From the NCBI RefSeq assembly GCF_022493195.1, contig NZ_CP028739.1: 32,000 bases of DNA, one strand, 5' to 3'. Numbering within the stretch: position 1 is the first letter of the stretch; each line of letters starts with the position of its first letter. Origin of the DNA: Escherichia coli (GTDB lineage: Bacteria; Pseudomonadota; Gammaproteobacteria; Enterobacterales; Enterobacteriaceae). Below the pieces are notes generated by a model. That model was not told the origin of the DNA. It was given only the letters and a program-made list of their open reading frames with translations, and searched no databases. The translations under genes were made by a program, and so were the position numbers. This document shows, in pieces, positions 19,868 through 28,933 of this stretch.

Positions 19868-21556
19868 TTATTCCCCCACCATTTCAGTATTCGCCGCACC
19901 TGGCGGCACCATCGGGTACACTTTTTCTTCGGCATCAATGCGCACATGGATCAGCGCCGGGCCAGGGCGATTGATGATTTCCTGCAATGCAGCCTGCGGA
20001 TCGGCTTCGTTATTCAAATCACAGGTTTCGAGGCCGAATCCGGCGGCAATCTGCATAAAGTTGATTTTGCCCGGATAGGTAGCGGCAAAAACGCCCTGCT
20101 TGTAGAACAGACTCTGTTGCTGATGCACCAGCCCCAGCGCTTCGTTGTTCATCAAAATGATTTTAACATCCAGCTGATTTTCACTGGCGGTCGCCATCTC
20201 CTGAATATTCATCATCAGGCTGCCGTCGCCGGAGAAGCACAACACTTTGCGGTCCGGGTTCGCCAGCGCCGCGCCAATCGCCGCAGGCAGGCCAAAACCC
20301 ATCGTGCCCAGCCCGCCGGAGGTCAGCCACTGGCGTGGGCGATTGAGCGGATAGGCTTGCGCGGTCCACATCTGATGCTGACCCACGTCGGTGGTGATAA
20401 TCGCATTGTCATCGACACAGGCGGCAACGGCGTTGATCAGGCCGTAATGGCTTAATGGATCGCACGCTTTCGGGATTGGACACGGGAATTCACGCTGCAA
20501 ATCCGCCACCAACTGGTGCCACTCTGCACGCGGTTGCGCTTCCACCAGCGGGATCAACTGCGCCAACACGTCATCAACATCCGCCTGAATTGCCACATGC
20601 GGTTGCTTGATTTTGCCCAGCTCTGCGCGGTCGATATCGACATGAATAATTTTGGCATTCGGACAGAACTGCTCGGTTTTGCCAATCGCCCGGTCATCAA
20701 AACGCGCACCGAGTACAATCAGCAGATCCGCCTCCTGCAAAATATAGTTGGTGCTGCGCACACCGTGCATCCCCAGCATACCCAGCGACAGCGGATGCGC
20801 TTTTGGCAACATACCCAGCGCCATTAAAGTCATGGTGGTAGGCAGTTGCGCTTTCTCCGCCAGTTCACGCACTCGCGCAGGCGCGTTGATCACACCACCA
20901 CCCAGATAAAGCACCGGGCGTTTGGCGGCGTTAATCATCGCCGCCGCGTCACGAATACTTTCTTCGCTAAAGGCGGGTGCGGCGGCTTTTTCTGCCATAG
21001 CGGGCTGTGTTTCAATCTCAAAAACTGCCGTTTGCACATCCTTAGGAATGTCTATCCACACCGGGCCAGGGCGGCCTGATTGCGCAATACGGAAGGCATC
21101 GCTCATGACCTGCGGGAGTTCTTCGATATGTCTGACCAGATAGTTGTGTTTGGTGATGGGGATAGAGATGCCGTAGGTGTCGACTTCCTGGAAGGCGTCG
21201 GTGCCGATCATCGAGGCGGGAACCTGACCAGTGATGCAAATCAGCGGGATGGAGTCCAGCCTCGCATCGGCAATGGCGGTCACCAGGTTAGTCGCACCCG
21301 GTCCGCTACAGGCCATACAGACCGCCGGTTTACCGTCGGTGCGCGCCATTCCCTGAGCGATAAACCCCGCGCCCTGTTCATGGCGAGCCAGAATATGGCG
21401 GATTTGCGTGCTTTGGCTTAAGGCATCGTAAACAGGCAGGATAGAACCGCCCGGAATACCCGTCACAATCTTAATGCCCTGCTGTTCCAGGAAATGAACG
21501 ATAAATTCTGCGCCGGTAAAGCGCTTACGCGTCGATGTTGTGCCCGAACTTGCCAT
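19868..21556 (-). CDS. ilvB: Acetolactate synthase I large subunit
   Basis: 562 aa ThDP-dependent enzyme, GTSSTRKRFTGAEFIVHFLEQQGI..., ending MVPPGAANTEMVGE. Confidence 0.98.
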   Translation of the reverse strand: MASSGTTSTRKRFTGAEFIVHFLEQQGIKIVTGIPGGSILPVYDALSQSTQIRHILARHEQGAGFIAQGMARTDGKPAVCMACSGPGATNLVTAIADARLDSIPLICITGQVPASMIGTDAFQEVDTYGISIPITKHNYLVRHIEELPQVMSDAFRIAQSGRPGPVWIDIPKDVQTAVFEIETQPAMAEKAAAPAFSEESIRDAAAMINAAKRPVLYLGGGVINAPARVRELAEKAQLPTTMTLMALGMLPKAHPLSLGMLGMHGVRSTNYILQEADLLIVLGARFDDRAIGKTEQFCPNAKIIHVDIDRAELGKIKQPHVAIQADVDDVLAQLIPLVEAQPRAEWHQLVADLQREFPCPIPKACDPLSHYGLINAVAACVDDNAIITTDVGQHQMWTAQAYPLNRPRQWLTSGGLGTMGFGLPAAIGAALANPDRKVLCFSGDGSLMMNIQEMATASENQLDVKIILMNNEALGLVHQQQSLFYKQGVFAATYPGKINFMQIAAGFGLETCDLNNEADPQAALQEIINRPGPALIHVRIDAEEKVYPMVPPGAANTEMVGE

Positions 21557-21604
21557 GCTCCAGTCCTTTTCTTCTGGGCCGACTTTCCGGGAGGAGCTTA
21601 AACG

Positions 21605-21637
21605 AAAAACCCCGCCCGGTTTGCGCCGGCGGGGTTT
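21605..21637 (-). terminator. ilvBN attenuator terminator
   Basis: Minus strand aaaaccccgccggcgcaaaccgggcggggttttt between ivbL and ilvB. Confidence 0.88.
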
Positions 21638-21661
21638 TGGAATCGTGTGTTGTTCCAGTCC

Positions 21662-21760
21662 CTACGGCGCATTGCCGACGACCACCACCACACGCACGAC
21701 GACCACTGCGGCGGATGGCGCAGTTGGTAGTAGTTTTGCGTTGAACATGGAAGTAGTCAT
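21662..21760 (-). CDS. ivbL: ilvBN operon leader peptide IvbL (32 aa)
   Basis: Translates to MTTSMFNAKLLPTAPSAAVVVVRVVVVVGNAP*, a Val/Leu-rich attenuation leader. Not in the ORF track because of its size. Confidence 0.96.
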   Translation of the reverse strand: MTTSMFNAKLLPTAPSAAVVVVRVVVVVGNAP

Positions 21761-22160
21761 TAGGGACCTTGTTGGTTTTGTGTTTAACAATATTTATACA
21801 AGCACAGCTTTACAGGGGAGACAATGGAAAATTTTTCTTCCGGATAAAAATACGTGGCAGATCACATTTTGAACTGAAACTCAGGCAATAAAGCATCATC
21901 ACCTGAAAGACGGTCAGATTGTTGACAGAGTGCGCCTTATTCATGTCGAATACAGCGTAAACACCTTACCCTACCAACCGCACCATCACTGTTCCCGGCA
22001 ACATTTATTGCCGCTTTTGTTTACATATTCTGCCGCTAAACAATTCCCCATTCCTGGCGTATATCTGGCTAACATTCATCAATGTGATAGATTCCTCTCC
22101 CGCATTTATGGGAATGCGTAGTGACTTATTCTAATTATTTTTATAAAAGCATCCGTGATA

Positions 22161-23345
22161 ATGAAAAGGCATAGAAACGTCAATTTGTTATTGATGTTGG
22201 TATTACTCGTGGCCGTCGGTCAGATGGCGCAAACCATTTATATTCCAGCTATTGCCGATATGGCGCGCGATCTCAATGTCCGTGAAGGGGCGGTGCAGAG
22301 CGTAATGGGCGCTTATCTGCTGACTTACGGTGTCTCACAGCTGTTTTATGGCCCGATTTCCGACCGCGTGGGTCGCCGACCGGTGATCCTCGTCGGAATG
22401 TCCATTTTTATGCTGGCAACGCTGGTCGCGGTCACGACCTCCAGTTTGACGGTATTGATTGCCGCCAGCGCGATGCAGGGGATGGGCACCGGCGTTGGCG
22501 GCGTAATGGCGCGTACTTTGCCGCGCGATTTATATGAACGGACACAGTTGCGCCATGCTAACAGCCTGTTAAACATGGGGATTCTTGTCAGTCCGTTGCT
22601 CGCACCGCTAATCGGCGGTCTGCTGGATACGATGTGGAACTGGCGTGCCTGTTATCTCTTTTTGTTGGTTCTTTGTGCCGGTGTGACTTTCAGTATGGCC
22701 CGCTGGATGCCGGAAACGCGTCCGGTCGACGCACCGCGCACGCGCCTGCTTACCAGTTATAAAACGCTTTTCGGTAACAGCGGTTTTAACTGTTATTTGC
22801 TGATGCTGATTGGCGGTCTGGCCGGAATTGCCGCCTTTGAAGCCTGCTCCGGCGTGCTGATGGGCGCGGTGTTAGGGCTGAGCAGTATGACGGTCAGTAT
22901 TTTGTTTATTCTGCCGATTCCGGCGGCATTTTTTGGCGCATGGTTTGCCGGACGTCCCAATAAGCGCTTCTCAACGTTGATGTGGCAGTCGGTTATCTGT
23001 TGCCTGCTGGCTGGCTTGCTGATGTGGATCCCCGACTGGTTTGGCGTGATGAATGTCTGGACGCTGCTCATTCCCGCCGCGCTGTTCTTTTTCGGTGCCG
23101 GGATGCTGTTTCCACTGGCTACCAGCGGCGCGATGGAGCCGTTCCCCTTCCTGGCGGGCACCGCTGGCGCGCTGGTCGGCGGTCTGCAAAACATTGGTTC
23201 CGGCGTGCTGGCGTCGCTCTCTGCGATGTTGCCGCAAACCGGTCAGGGCAGCCTGGGATTGTTGATGACCTTAATGGGATTGTTGATCGTGCTGTGCTGG
23301 CTACCGCTGGCGACGCGGATGTCGCATCAGGGGCAGCCTGTTTAA
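22161..23345 (+). CDS. emrD: Multidrug efflux MFS transporter EmrD (394 aa)
   Basis: Start at MKRHRNVNLLLMLVLLVAVGQMAQTIYIPAIADMARDL... Confidence 0.95.
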   Translation: MKRHRNVNLLLMLVLLVAVGQMAQTIYIPAIADMARDLNVREGAVQSVMGAYLLTYGVSQLFYGPISDRVGRRPVILVGMSIFMLATLVAVTTSSLTVLIAASAMQGMGTGVGGVMARTLPRDLYERTQLRHANSLLNMGILVSPLLAPLIGGLLDTMWNWRACYLFLLVLCAGVTFSMARWMPETRPVDAPRTRLLTSYKTLFGNSGFNCYLLMLIGGLAGIAAFEACSGVLMGAVLGLSSMTVSILFILPIPAAFFGAWFAGRPNKRFSTLMWQSVICCLLAGLLMWIPDWFGVMNVWTLLIPAALFFFGAGMLFPLATSGAMEPFPFLAGTAGALVGGLQNIGSGVLASLSAMLPQTGQGSLGLLMTLMGLLIVLCWLPLATRMSHQGQPV

Positions 23346-23352
23346 GCTCACG

Positions 23353-23850
23353 TCACCGCAGCATCGTCATCAGCTCCATGGGAGAACGATGCTGCTTTAT
23401 CAGATCACGCATCACCCGCATATGCGGCGCGGAGTAAGAATAAAACGCCTGATAGCCCGCACAAAGCACGTTGTCTGGTTTATCTTCCCGAGCGTGCGGG
23501 CACAGCCGATGCCAGTCGCACGCCTGGCAGTCACGGCGCGGTTGCGACTTTTCGCTGCCACACCATTTTTGTAAGGTGGTGTCAAAAAGTTCAATCGAAA
23601 TACGACTGATATCTGCCCGCACCCAACACTCGAACAGGGCAATTAAAAATTTCCCCCACAGCTCTGCTGTCACCGAAGCGGCCGTCAGATCGCCCCGGTC
23701 ATCAAATTCAAGATGGGGAATAAGCTGTACTGAGCGGATGCCCAGCTGTTTGAAATTGTGATAAAAATCGGCAGGTTGCAGAGCATCCTTATACTCTACA
23801 ACCAGTTTATGCCTGTCCTCTTCAGCATCAATGACCTGACTTCCTGTCAT
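23353..23850 (-). CDS. yidF: YidF, SPASM-like C-terminal fragment of an anaerobic sulfatase-maturating enzyme type protein
   Basis: Cys-rich C-terminus CQACDWHRLCPHAREDKPDNVLCAGYQAFYSYSAPHMRVM. No radical-SAM CX3CX2C motif is present. Confidence 0.88.
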   Translation of the reverse strand: MTGSQVIDAEEDRHKLVVEYKDALQPADFYHNFKQLGIRSVQLIPHLEFDDRGDLTAASVTAELWGKFLIALFECWVRADISRISIELFDTTLQKWCGSEKSQPRRDCQACDWHRLCPHAREDKPDNVLCAGYQAFYSYSAPHMRVMRDLIKQHRSPMELMTMLR

Positions 23851-24209
23851 GCGACTCTCTCAATAAATACGATAAGTTGATGTATATGCGTTACAGCAAA
23901 CAGTATTGCGAGAGATAACACCGCGAGGGAGATCAAAAATTTGTCACGGACTACGTGAAATTGGGAAAAATCGCTATTCGTGACATCCATTAAATTGCGA
24001 TTACGGGTGTTGTGCCAGAGGATCAGCGCCACAATGGCGAGGATGCCAATCGAAATCCAGAATAACATGCCCGCCTGGTGCCAGTTGTGTTTGATAGCCA
24101 ACGCCATCAACGCGCCGTAGCCCAGCATGGTACGAAACCACGCCAGTGATGTGCGTTCCGGCTGCAGCCCTGGGTCGGCAATGCGTCTGGCTTTGCGGCT
24201 ATCCGGCAT
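23847..24209 (-). CDS. yidG: Inner membrane protein YidG (DUF202-like)
   Basis: 120 aa with the GLQPERTSLAWFRTMLGYGALMALAIKHNW signature. Confidence 0.92.
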   Translation of the reverse strand: MPDSRKARRIADPGLQPERTSLAWFRTMLGYGALMALAIKHNWHQAGMLFWISIGILAIVALILWHNTRNRNLMDVTNSDFSQFHVVRDKFLISLAVLSLAILFAVTHIHQLIVFIERVA

Positions 24210-24546
24210 ACAACACCAGTCCCATGACGATCACTGCCACGACCATCAATATTAAACTGATGATGAATAAGCTGTTGGTATAGGGCAGGTCCTCTTTCAG
24301 GCGCATCGCTTTTTCATTGCGTAACCAGCGCAAGTAGCCATACATCGCTAACCCGCCGGAAAACAGACACAACAACAACGCCAGCAGTTCGCGGATGACG
24401 GGCGTGGCGAAATCTGGCGCAAGTTGATCAAGCCCAACCCCCGCCGCCAGAAATCCTAGTGCAGTACGGATCCACGCCAGAAAAGTACGCTCATTAGCCA
24501 GCGAGAAGCGGTAATCGGGCGCTTCTCCGAGGCGGGAAATTTTCAT
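24199..24546 (-). CDS. yidH: Inner membrane protein YidH (DUF202-like, 115 aa)
   Basis: Start MKISRLGEAPDYRFSLANERTFLAWIRTALGFLAAG. Overlaps yidG. Confidence 0.93.
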   Translation of the reverse strand: MKISRLGEAPDYRFSLANERTFLAWIRTALGFLAAGVGLDQLAPDFATPVIRELLALLLCLFSGGLAMYGYLRWLRNEKAMRLKEDLPYTNSLFIISLILMVVAVIVMGLVLYAG

Positions 24547-24605
24547 TGTTGCTCCTTGTAAACTGTTCCTCGCCGAAAAATTAGGCCAGGAACAGCAATA
24601 ATGCA

Positions 24606-26099
24606 TCAGAACTTCTGTTTTTTCTCTTCCACCTTCACCCCTTGTGTCGGTAAACCGGTGTCATAGTCGCGTACCACTGGAGAATAACCATCCTGTGGGC
24701 GTGGACGAAACGCCCCCATCCAGCGCGGTTGTGCATCTTTGCGCCACGGACGCAGGTTCCATTGATAACTGCGGAACGGATCGCGAATTTTGTCCATGTA
24801 ATCCAATAAGGCGTCATGCATTTTGCTGCGAACGTCGGCAAAATGGATATCATCGATCAGGTTATGCATTTCATTTGGGTCATTACGGCGATCGTAAAGT
24901 TCATCACTGGTGAAGAGGTTGAGCACCAGTTTAAAGTCATCCGTTACCCAGCAACGCACCGGAATAAAACCGCCAAAGCTGTCATGCTCAATCTCGTAGC
25001 GATTAAATTCCACCAACACGCCACGTGGTTCTTTCACGGCAAGGATATTTTCCCCCGGCAGAATCTCTGGTTTTTCAATATCTGCCAGCGCCATCATTGT
25101 CGGCAGTAAGTCAATATGACTGACTGGCGTATCGACCTGTCGCCGCTCCCCTTGCGGCGAACGGATGATCAGCGGAATGCGGGTGATGTCGTCATACATC
25201 GCCGCTCCTTTACTGATCAGCTTATGTGCGCCCATCATTTCGCCGTGATCGGAGGTATAAATAACCCACGTATTTTCACGTTGCTCTGGCGTTAAGGCAT
25301 TGATGACCCGTCCGATTTGGTCATCAACAAAGTCATTGCAGGCAAAATAGAGCGGATGGTGATAAAGCCCGTCATCACCGACTGGCGATGGCATCGCCTG
25401 CGCCCATAAGCGGTGATGTTCCGGTTTGTTCGCCAGGTCATCCTCTGCTTTCTCACCCAGTTCGTAGTAAAAATCAGTGTATTTCTCTAAATACTCCACC
25501 GGACAGGTGAACGGGTGATGCGGCTCATCATACGAAACCACCATCAGGAAAGGTTCGTCGGCGCGCGCGGGCTGTTGCAGAAAATCCACCGCCCGATTGC
25601 TGATGCGGTGCGCCCAGGTGAAGGTTTCGTCAATATGGTTCGCCTGTAAATCCTCAACGCTGTTTAGGCCATTGCGCCACAGGCTAATCTCTTTCTCCGT
25701 CAGTTCACTAAGATAGTTCGCTCCATCGAACCAGTAATCAGCGTCCCACTCAGGCGGACACTCGCCAGTGCCGAAATAGTCATGTCCATCGAGATGCCAT
25801 TTGCCGATGTAGCAGGTGTGATAGCCCGCATCCTTAAAGTAGCGCCCCATGGTGGAAATGTTTTTGCCCGGCGCGACGTTGTTGGTCCACGGACCGGACT
25901 GGTTAGCGTAGATACCGGTGAATAGTCCGGCGCGTGCAGGTGTACAAACCGGTGAACAGGTGTAGGCAGAATTAAAGCGAATACCTTCTGCCGCCAGACT
26001 ATCAATATTTTGCGTATTCAGCGGTTTACCACTATAGCAACCGACCATATTGGTGGCCTGGGTATCGGTCATGATGAACAGAAAATTAGGGCGTTTCAT
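24606..26099 (-). CDS. yidJ: Cys-type sulfatase YidJ
   Basis: 497 aa with sulfatase signature CSPVCTPARAGLFTGIYANQSG (CTPAR formylglycine motif) and MKRPNFLFIMTDTQATNMVGCY. Confidence 0.95.
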   Translation of the reverse strand: MKRPNFLFIMTDTQATNMVGCYSGKPLNTQNIDSLAAEGIRFNSAYTCSPVCTPARAGLFTGIYANQSGPWTNNVAPGKNISTMGRYFKDAGYHTCYIGKWHLDGHDYFGTGECPPEWDADYWFDGANYLSELTEKEISLWRNGLNSVEDLQANHIDETFTWAHRISNRAVDFLQQPARADEPFLMVVSYDEPHHPFTCPVEYLEKYTDFYYELGEKAEDDLANKPEHHRLWAQAMPSPVGDDGLYHHPLYFACNDFVDDQIGRVINALTPEQRENTWVIYTSDHGEMMGAHKLISKGAAMYDDITRIPLIIRSPQGERRQVDTPVSHIDLLPTMMALADIEKPEILPGENILAVKEPRGVLVEFNRYEIEHDSFGGFIPVRCWVTDDFKLVLNLFTSDELYDRRNDPNEMHNLIDDIHFADVRSKMHDALLDYMDKIRDPFRSYQWNLRPWRKDAQPRWMGAFRPRPQDGYSPVVRDYDTGLPTQGVKVEEKKQKF

Positions 26100-27811
26100 A
26101 GGCTATCCTTCGCATCGGGAGTAAAGGTGACGGCCGGGTCGTGACGATGCCGCCAGCTGTCAAAAATCAGGTAGACAATCACTACGGCGGCGATGAAATA
26201 ACTGATCATCGCTAACCAGCGCGTACCGTAGCCACCAAATTCAGCCAGCCCGGCATAGACGCCAATCATCGCGAACAGGATACCAATTGACGCAATCTTG
26301 ACGTTTTTCCACGGTTTCATGTCCACCGCAAACGCATCTTTGAAGGTGAACGGCGTGGCGCGCGGTTTGATAAAACCGATCACCAGCATCACGACCACGT
26401 TGATGCAGAACGTACAGGCCAGCACATAGAGGAAATGGAAGTCGAACTTCACCAGATAGTTGATGGTGATGTAGCTGATTATGCCAATCCCCATCGCCAC
26501 TTTTGCCGCCAGCGCCGGAATGCGCGGGAAGAAAAAGCCCATAATGATGATGGTAACCAGCGGCACGTTGTAAATACCGTTGAGCTGTTTCATCCAGCTA
26601 TACAGCCCCTGCGGCGCGTTGGCGATCCACGGCGCGACCATCACCGAAACGATGGCGATAAAGAAACCAAATTTGCGCCCGACGGTGACCAGCTGTTGCG
26701 GCTCGGCATTCTGGTTAATGATGCGCCGGTAAATACCCATACTGAATAACGTACTGGCACTATTCAGAAAGCCGTTGAAGGTACTGATCACCGCACCAAA
26801 TAACACCGCACCGAAGAAGCCCACCAGTGGCACCGGCAGAACGTTATTGACCAGCGTCGGGTAGGCCATGTCGGCTTTCGGTAAATCCTGATACAGATGA
26901 AACGCAATCAACCCTGGCAGCACCAGTACCAGCGGGTCGAGCATTTTCAGCACCGCCGTTAACAGCGCCCCCTTTTGCCCTTCCGCCAGGCTTTTTGACG
27001 CCAGCGTGCGTTGCACGATGCCCTGATTTGTACACCAGTAAAAGGTGTTAACCAGAATCAAACCGGTAAATGCCGCGCCAATCGGCAAGGGATCGGTCGG
27101 GCCGCCGACTGAGTTTAATTTCTCGGCGTGAACGGTGGTGAGTTGCTCAATGCCCTGCATAAAGCTGCCCTTGCCCATCGCGATCAGGCCAAATATCGGC
27201 ACCATCAACCCGCCAATAACCAGCCCAATACCGTTAATGGAGTCCGCCACTGCCATTGCGCGCAGTCCGCCGATCACCGCATACAAAATTCCCGCCAGAC
27301 CAAGCAAAATAACCAGTAACCAGATAGCCGCACCATCGGAAAGTTGTAGCGACTCACCCACATGAAACAGGCTGTTGAGCGCCAACGCGCCGGAGTAGAG
27401 AACAATCGGCAGAAAGCAGACGCCGGTGGCAATGAGGAAGCAGAAGTCGATGATAATACGCGTCGTTTTATCATAACGATCCTCCAGAAAATCGGGGATG
27501 GTGGCAATGCCGCGCTTCAGATAGCGCGGTAAAAAGATTAGCGCGAGGAAGATCAGCGTCACTGCAGAGGTGACTTCCCAGCCCATCACCGACATGCCGC
27601 TTTTGTAGGCCTGCCCGGAAAGGCCGACCAGTTGTTCCGTGGAAAGGTTGGTTAGCATTAACGAAGCGGCAATAACCGGCGCTTTTAGTGAACGTCCGGC
27701 AAGAAAATAGCCTTGTTGCGATCCAGTATCTGTTTTGCGGACTTTCCACCAGGTGATGACCGCCACCAGCAGCGTAAAACCGACAAAACTCAAGATTTGT
27801 AACGAATTCAT
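26096..27811 (-). CDS. yidK: Solute:sodium symporter family transporter YidK
   Basis: 571 aa SSS-family protein. 4-nt overlap with yidJ. Confidence 0.95.
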   Translation of the reverse strand: MNSLQILSFVGFTLLVAVITWWKVRKTDTGSQQGYFLAGRSLKAPVIAASLMLTNLSTEQLVGLSGQAYKSGMSVMGWEVTSAVTLIFLALIFLPRYLKRGIATIPDFLEDRYDKTTRIIIDFCFLIATGVCFLPIVLYSGALALNSLFHVGESLQLSDGAAIWLLVILLGLAGILYAVIGGLRAMAVADSINGIGLVIGGLMVPIFGLIAMGKGSFMQGIEQLTTVHAEKLNSVGGPTDPLPIGAAFTGLILVNTFYWCTNQGIVQRTLASKSLAEGQKGALLTAVLKMLDPLVLVLPGLIAFHLYQDLPKADMAYPTLVNNVLPVPLVGFFGAVLFGAVISTFNGFLNSASTLFSMGIYRRIINQNAEPQQLVTVGRKFGFFIAIVSVMVAPWIANAPQGLYSWMKQLNGIYNVPLVTIIIMGFFFPRIPALAAKVAMGIGIISYITINYLVKFDFHFLYVLACTFCINVVVMLVIGFIKPRATPFTFKDAFAVDMKPWKNVKIASIGILFAMIGVYAGLAEFGGYGTRWLAMISYFIAAVVIVYLIFDSWRHRHDPAVTFTPDAKDSL

Positions 27812-27977
27812 CTCATAGCCCTTATTTATGTTTATGTCCCGGACGCATGAATATAGGGAGAGGTAAAATGCGTCGGGTCAGGCAGTCAGATTCTTAAAAT
27901 ACAAACGTCATATCCCTGAACGGATTGTTTTCTGTTAAGTTCAGGTTGTGAGCATAATTCGCCGGAGGGATATTAAA

Positions 27978-28844
27978 ATGAATGGAAAATTGCAAAGTTC
28001 GGATGTAAAAAACGAAACTCCGTACAATATTCCCTTATTGATTAACGAAAATGTGATCTCCAGCGGAATTTCTCTGATATCGCTCTGGCATACCTACGCC
28101 GACGAGCATTATCGGGTGATCTGGCCGCGGGACAAGAAGAAACCGCTTATCGCCAACTCATGGGTTGCGGTGTATACCGTACAAGGATGTGGGAAAATTC
28201 TTTTAAAGAATGACGAACAAATAACTCTGCATGGCAACTGTATTATATTTTTAAAGCCAATGGATATTCACTCTTATCACTGTGAAGGTTTGGTCTGGGA
28301 ACAGTATTGGATGGAATTTACCCCCACCAGTATGATGGATATTCCCGTCGGTCAGCAAAGCGTTATTTATAATGGCGAAGTTTATAATCAGGAACTCACC
28401 GAAGTTGCTGAGTTAATTACTTCACCAGAAGTAATAAAAAATAATCTGGCAGTCGCTTTTCTGACGAAAATTATTTATCAGTGGATTTGTCTTATGCACG
28501 CAGTCGGTAAAAAAGATCCACAACGGCGGCAAATTGAAAAATTAATTGCCACTTTACATGCCAGTCTACAACAACGCTGGAGCGTAGCTGATATGGCTGC
28601 CACGATCCCCTGTAGCGAGGCCTGGTTGCGTCGTCTGTTTTTACGCTATACCGGCAAGACGCCGAAAGAATATTACCTCGATGCGCGTCTGGATCTGGCG
28701 CTATCGCTATTAAAGCGACAAGGGAACTCGGTTGGCGAAGTCGCTGATACGCTCAACTTCTTCGACTCCTTTCATTTCAGCAAAGCCTTTAAGCATAAAT
28801 TTGGTTATGCGCCGTCAGCTGTGCTGAAGAATACGGACAGGTAA
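27978..28844 (+). CDS. yidL: AraC-family transcriptional regulator YidL
   Basis: Start at MNGKLQSSDVKNETPYNIP. C-terminal AraC HTH CSEAWLRRLFLRYTGKTPKEYYLDARLDLALSLLKR...HFSKAFKHKFGYAPS. Divergent from yidK. Confidence 0.93.
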   Translation: MNGKLQSSDVKNETPYNIPLLINENVISSGISLISLWHTYADEHYRVIWPRDKKKPLIANSWVAVYTVQGCGKILLKNDEQITLHGNCIIFLKPMDIHSYHCEGLVWEQYWMEFTPTSMMDIPVGQQSVIYNGEVYNQELTEVAELITSPEVIKNNLAVAFLTKIIYQWICLMHAVGKKDPQRRQIEKLIATLHASLQQRWSVADMAATIPCSEAWLRRLFLRYTGKTPKEYYLDARLDLALSLLKRQGNSVGEVADTLNFFDSFHFSKAFKHKFGYAPSAVLKNTDR

Positions 28845-28933
28845 TAACCAGAATGGCGAGTGTGTAAATGACTCGATGATGTTCAGAAATACCAAGCGGA
28901 GTACCATTTACGGCGACTCCACCCGGAAAAGAG

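Noticed and set aside
20181-21421. ORFs antisense to ilvB (for example 20516..20827 and 21080..21421)
   Set aside because: Long shadow frames are expected opposite GC-rich, biased coding sequence. They have no RBS or family support.
21535-21872. Plus-strand ORFs 21535..21744 and 21540..21872 with Thr/Arg-rich tracts (TTTTRTTTTAADG)
   Set aside because: The low-complexity tract is the reverse complement of the Val-codon run of the ivbL leader peptide plus the attenuator. No independent evidence of coding.
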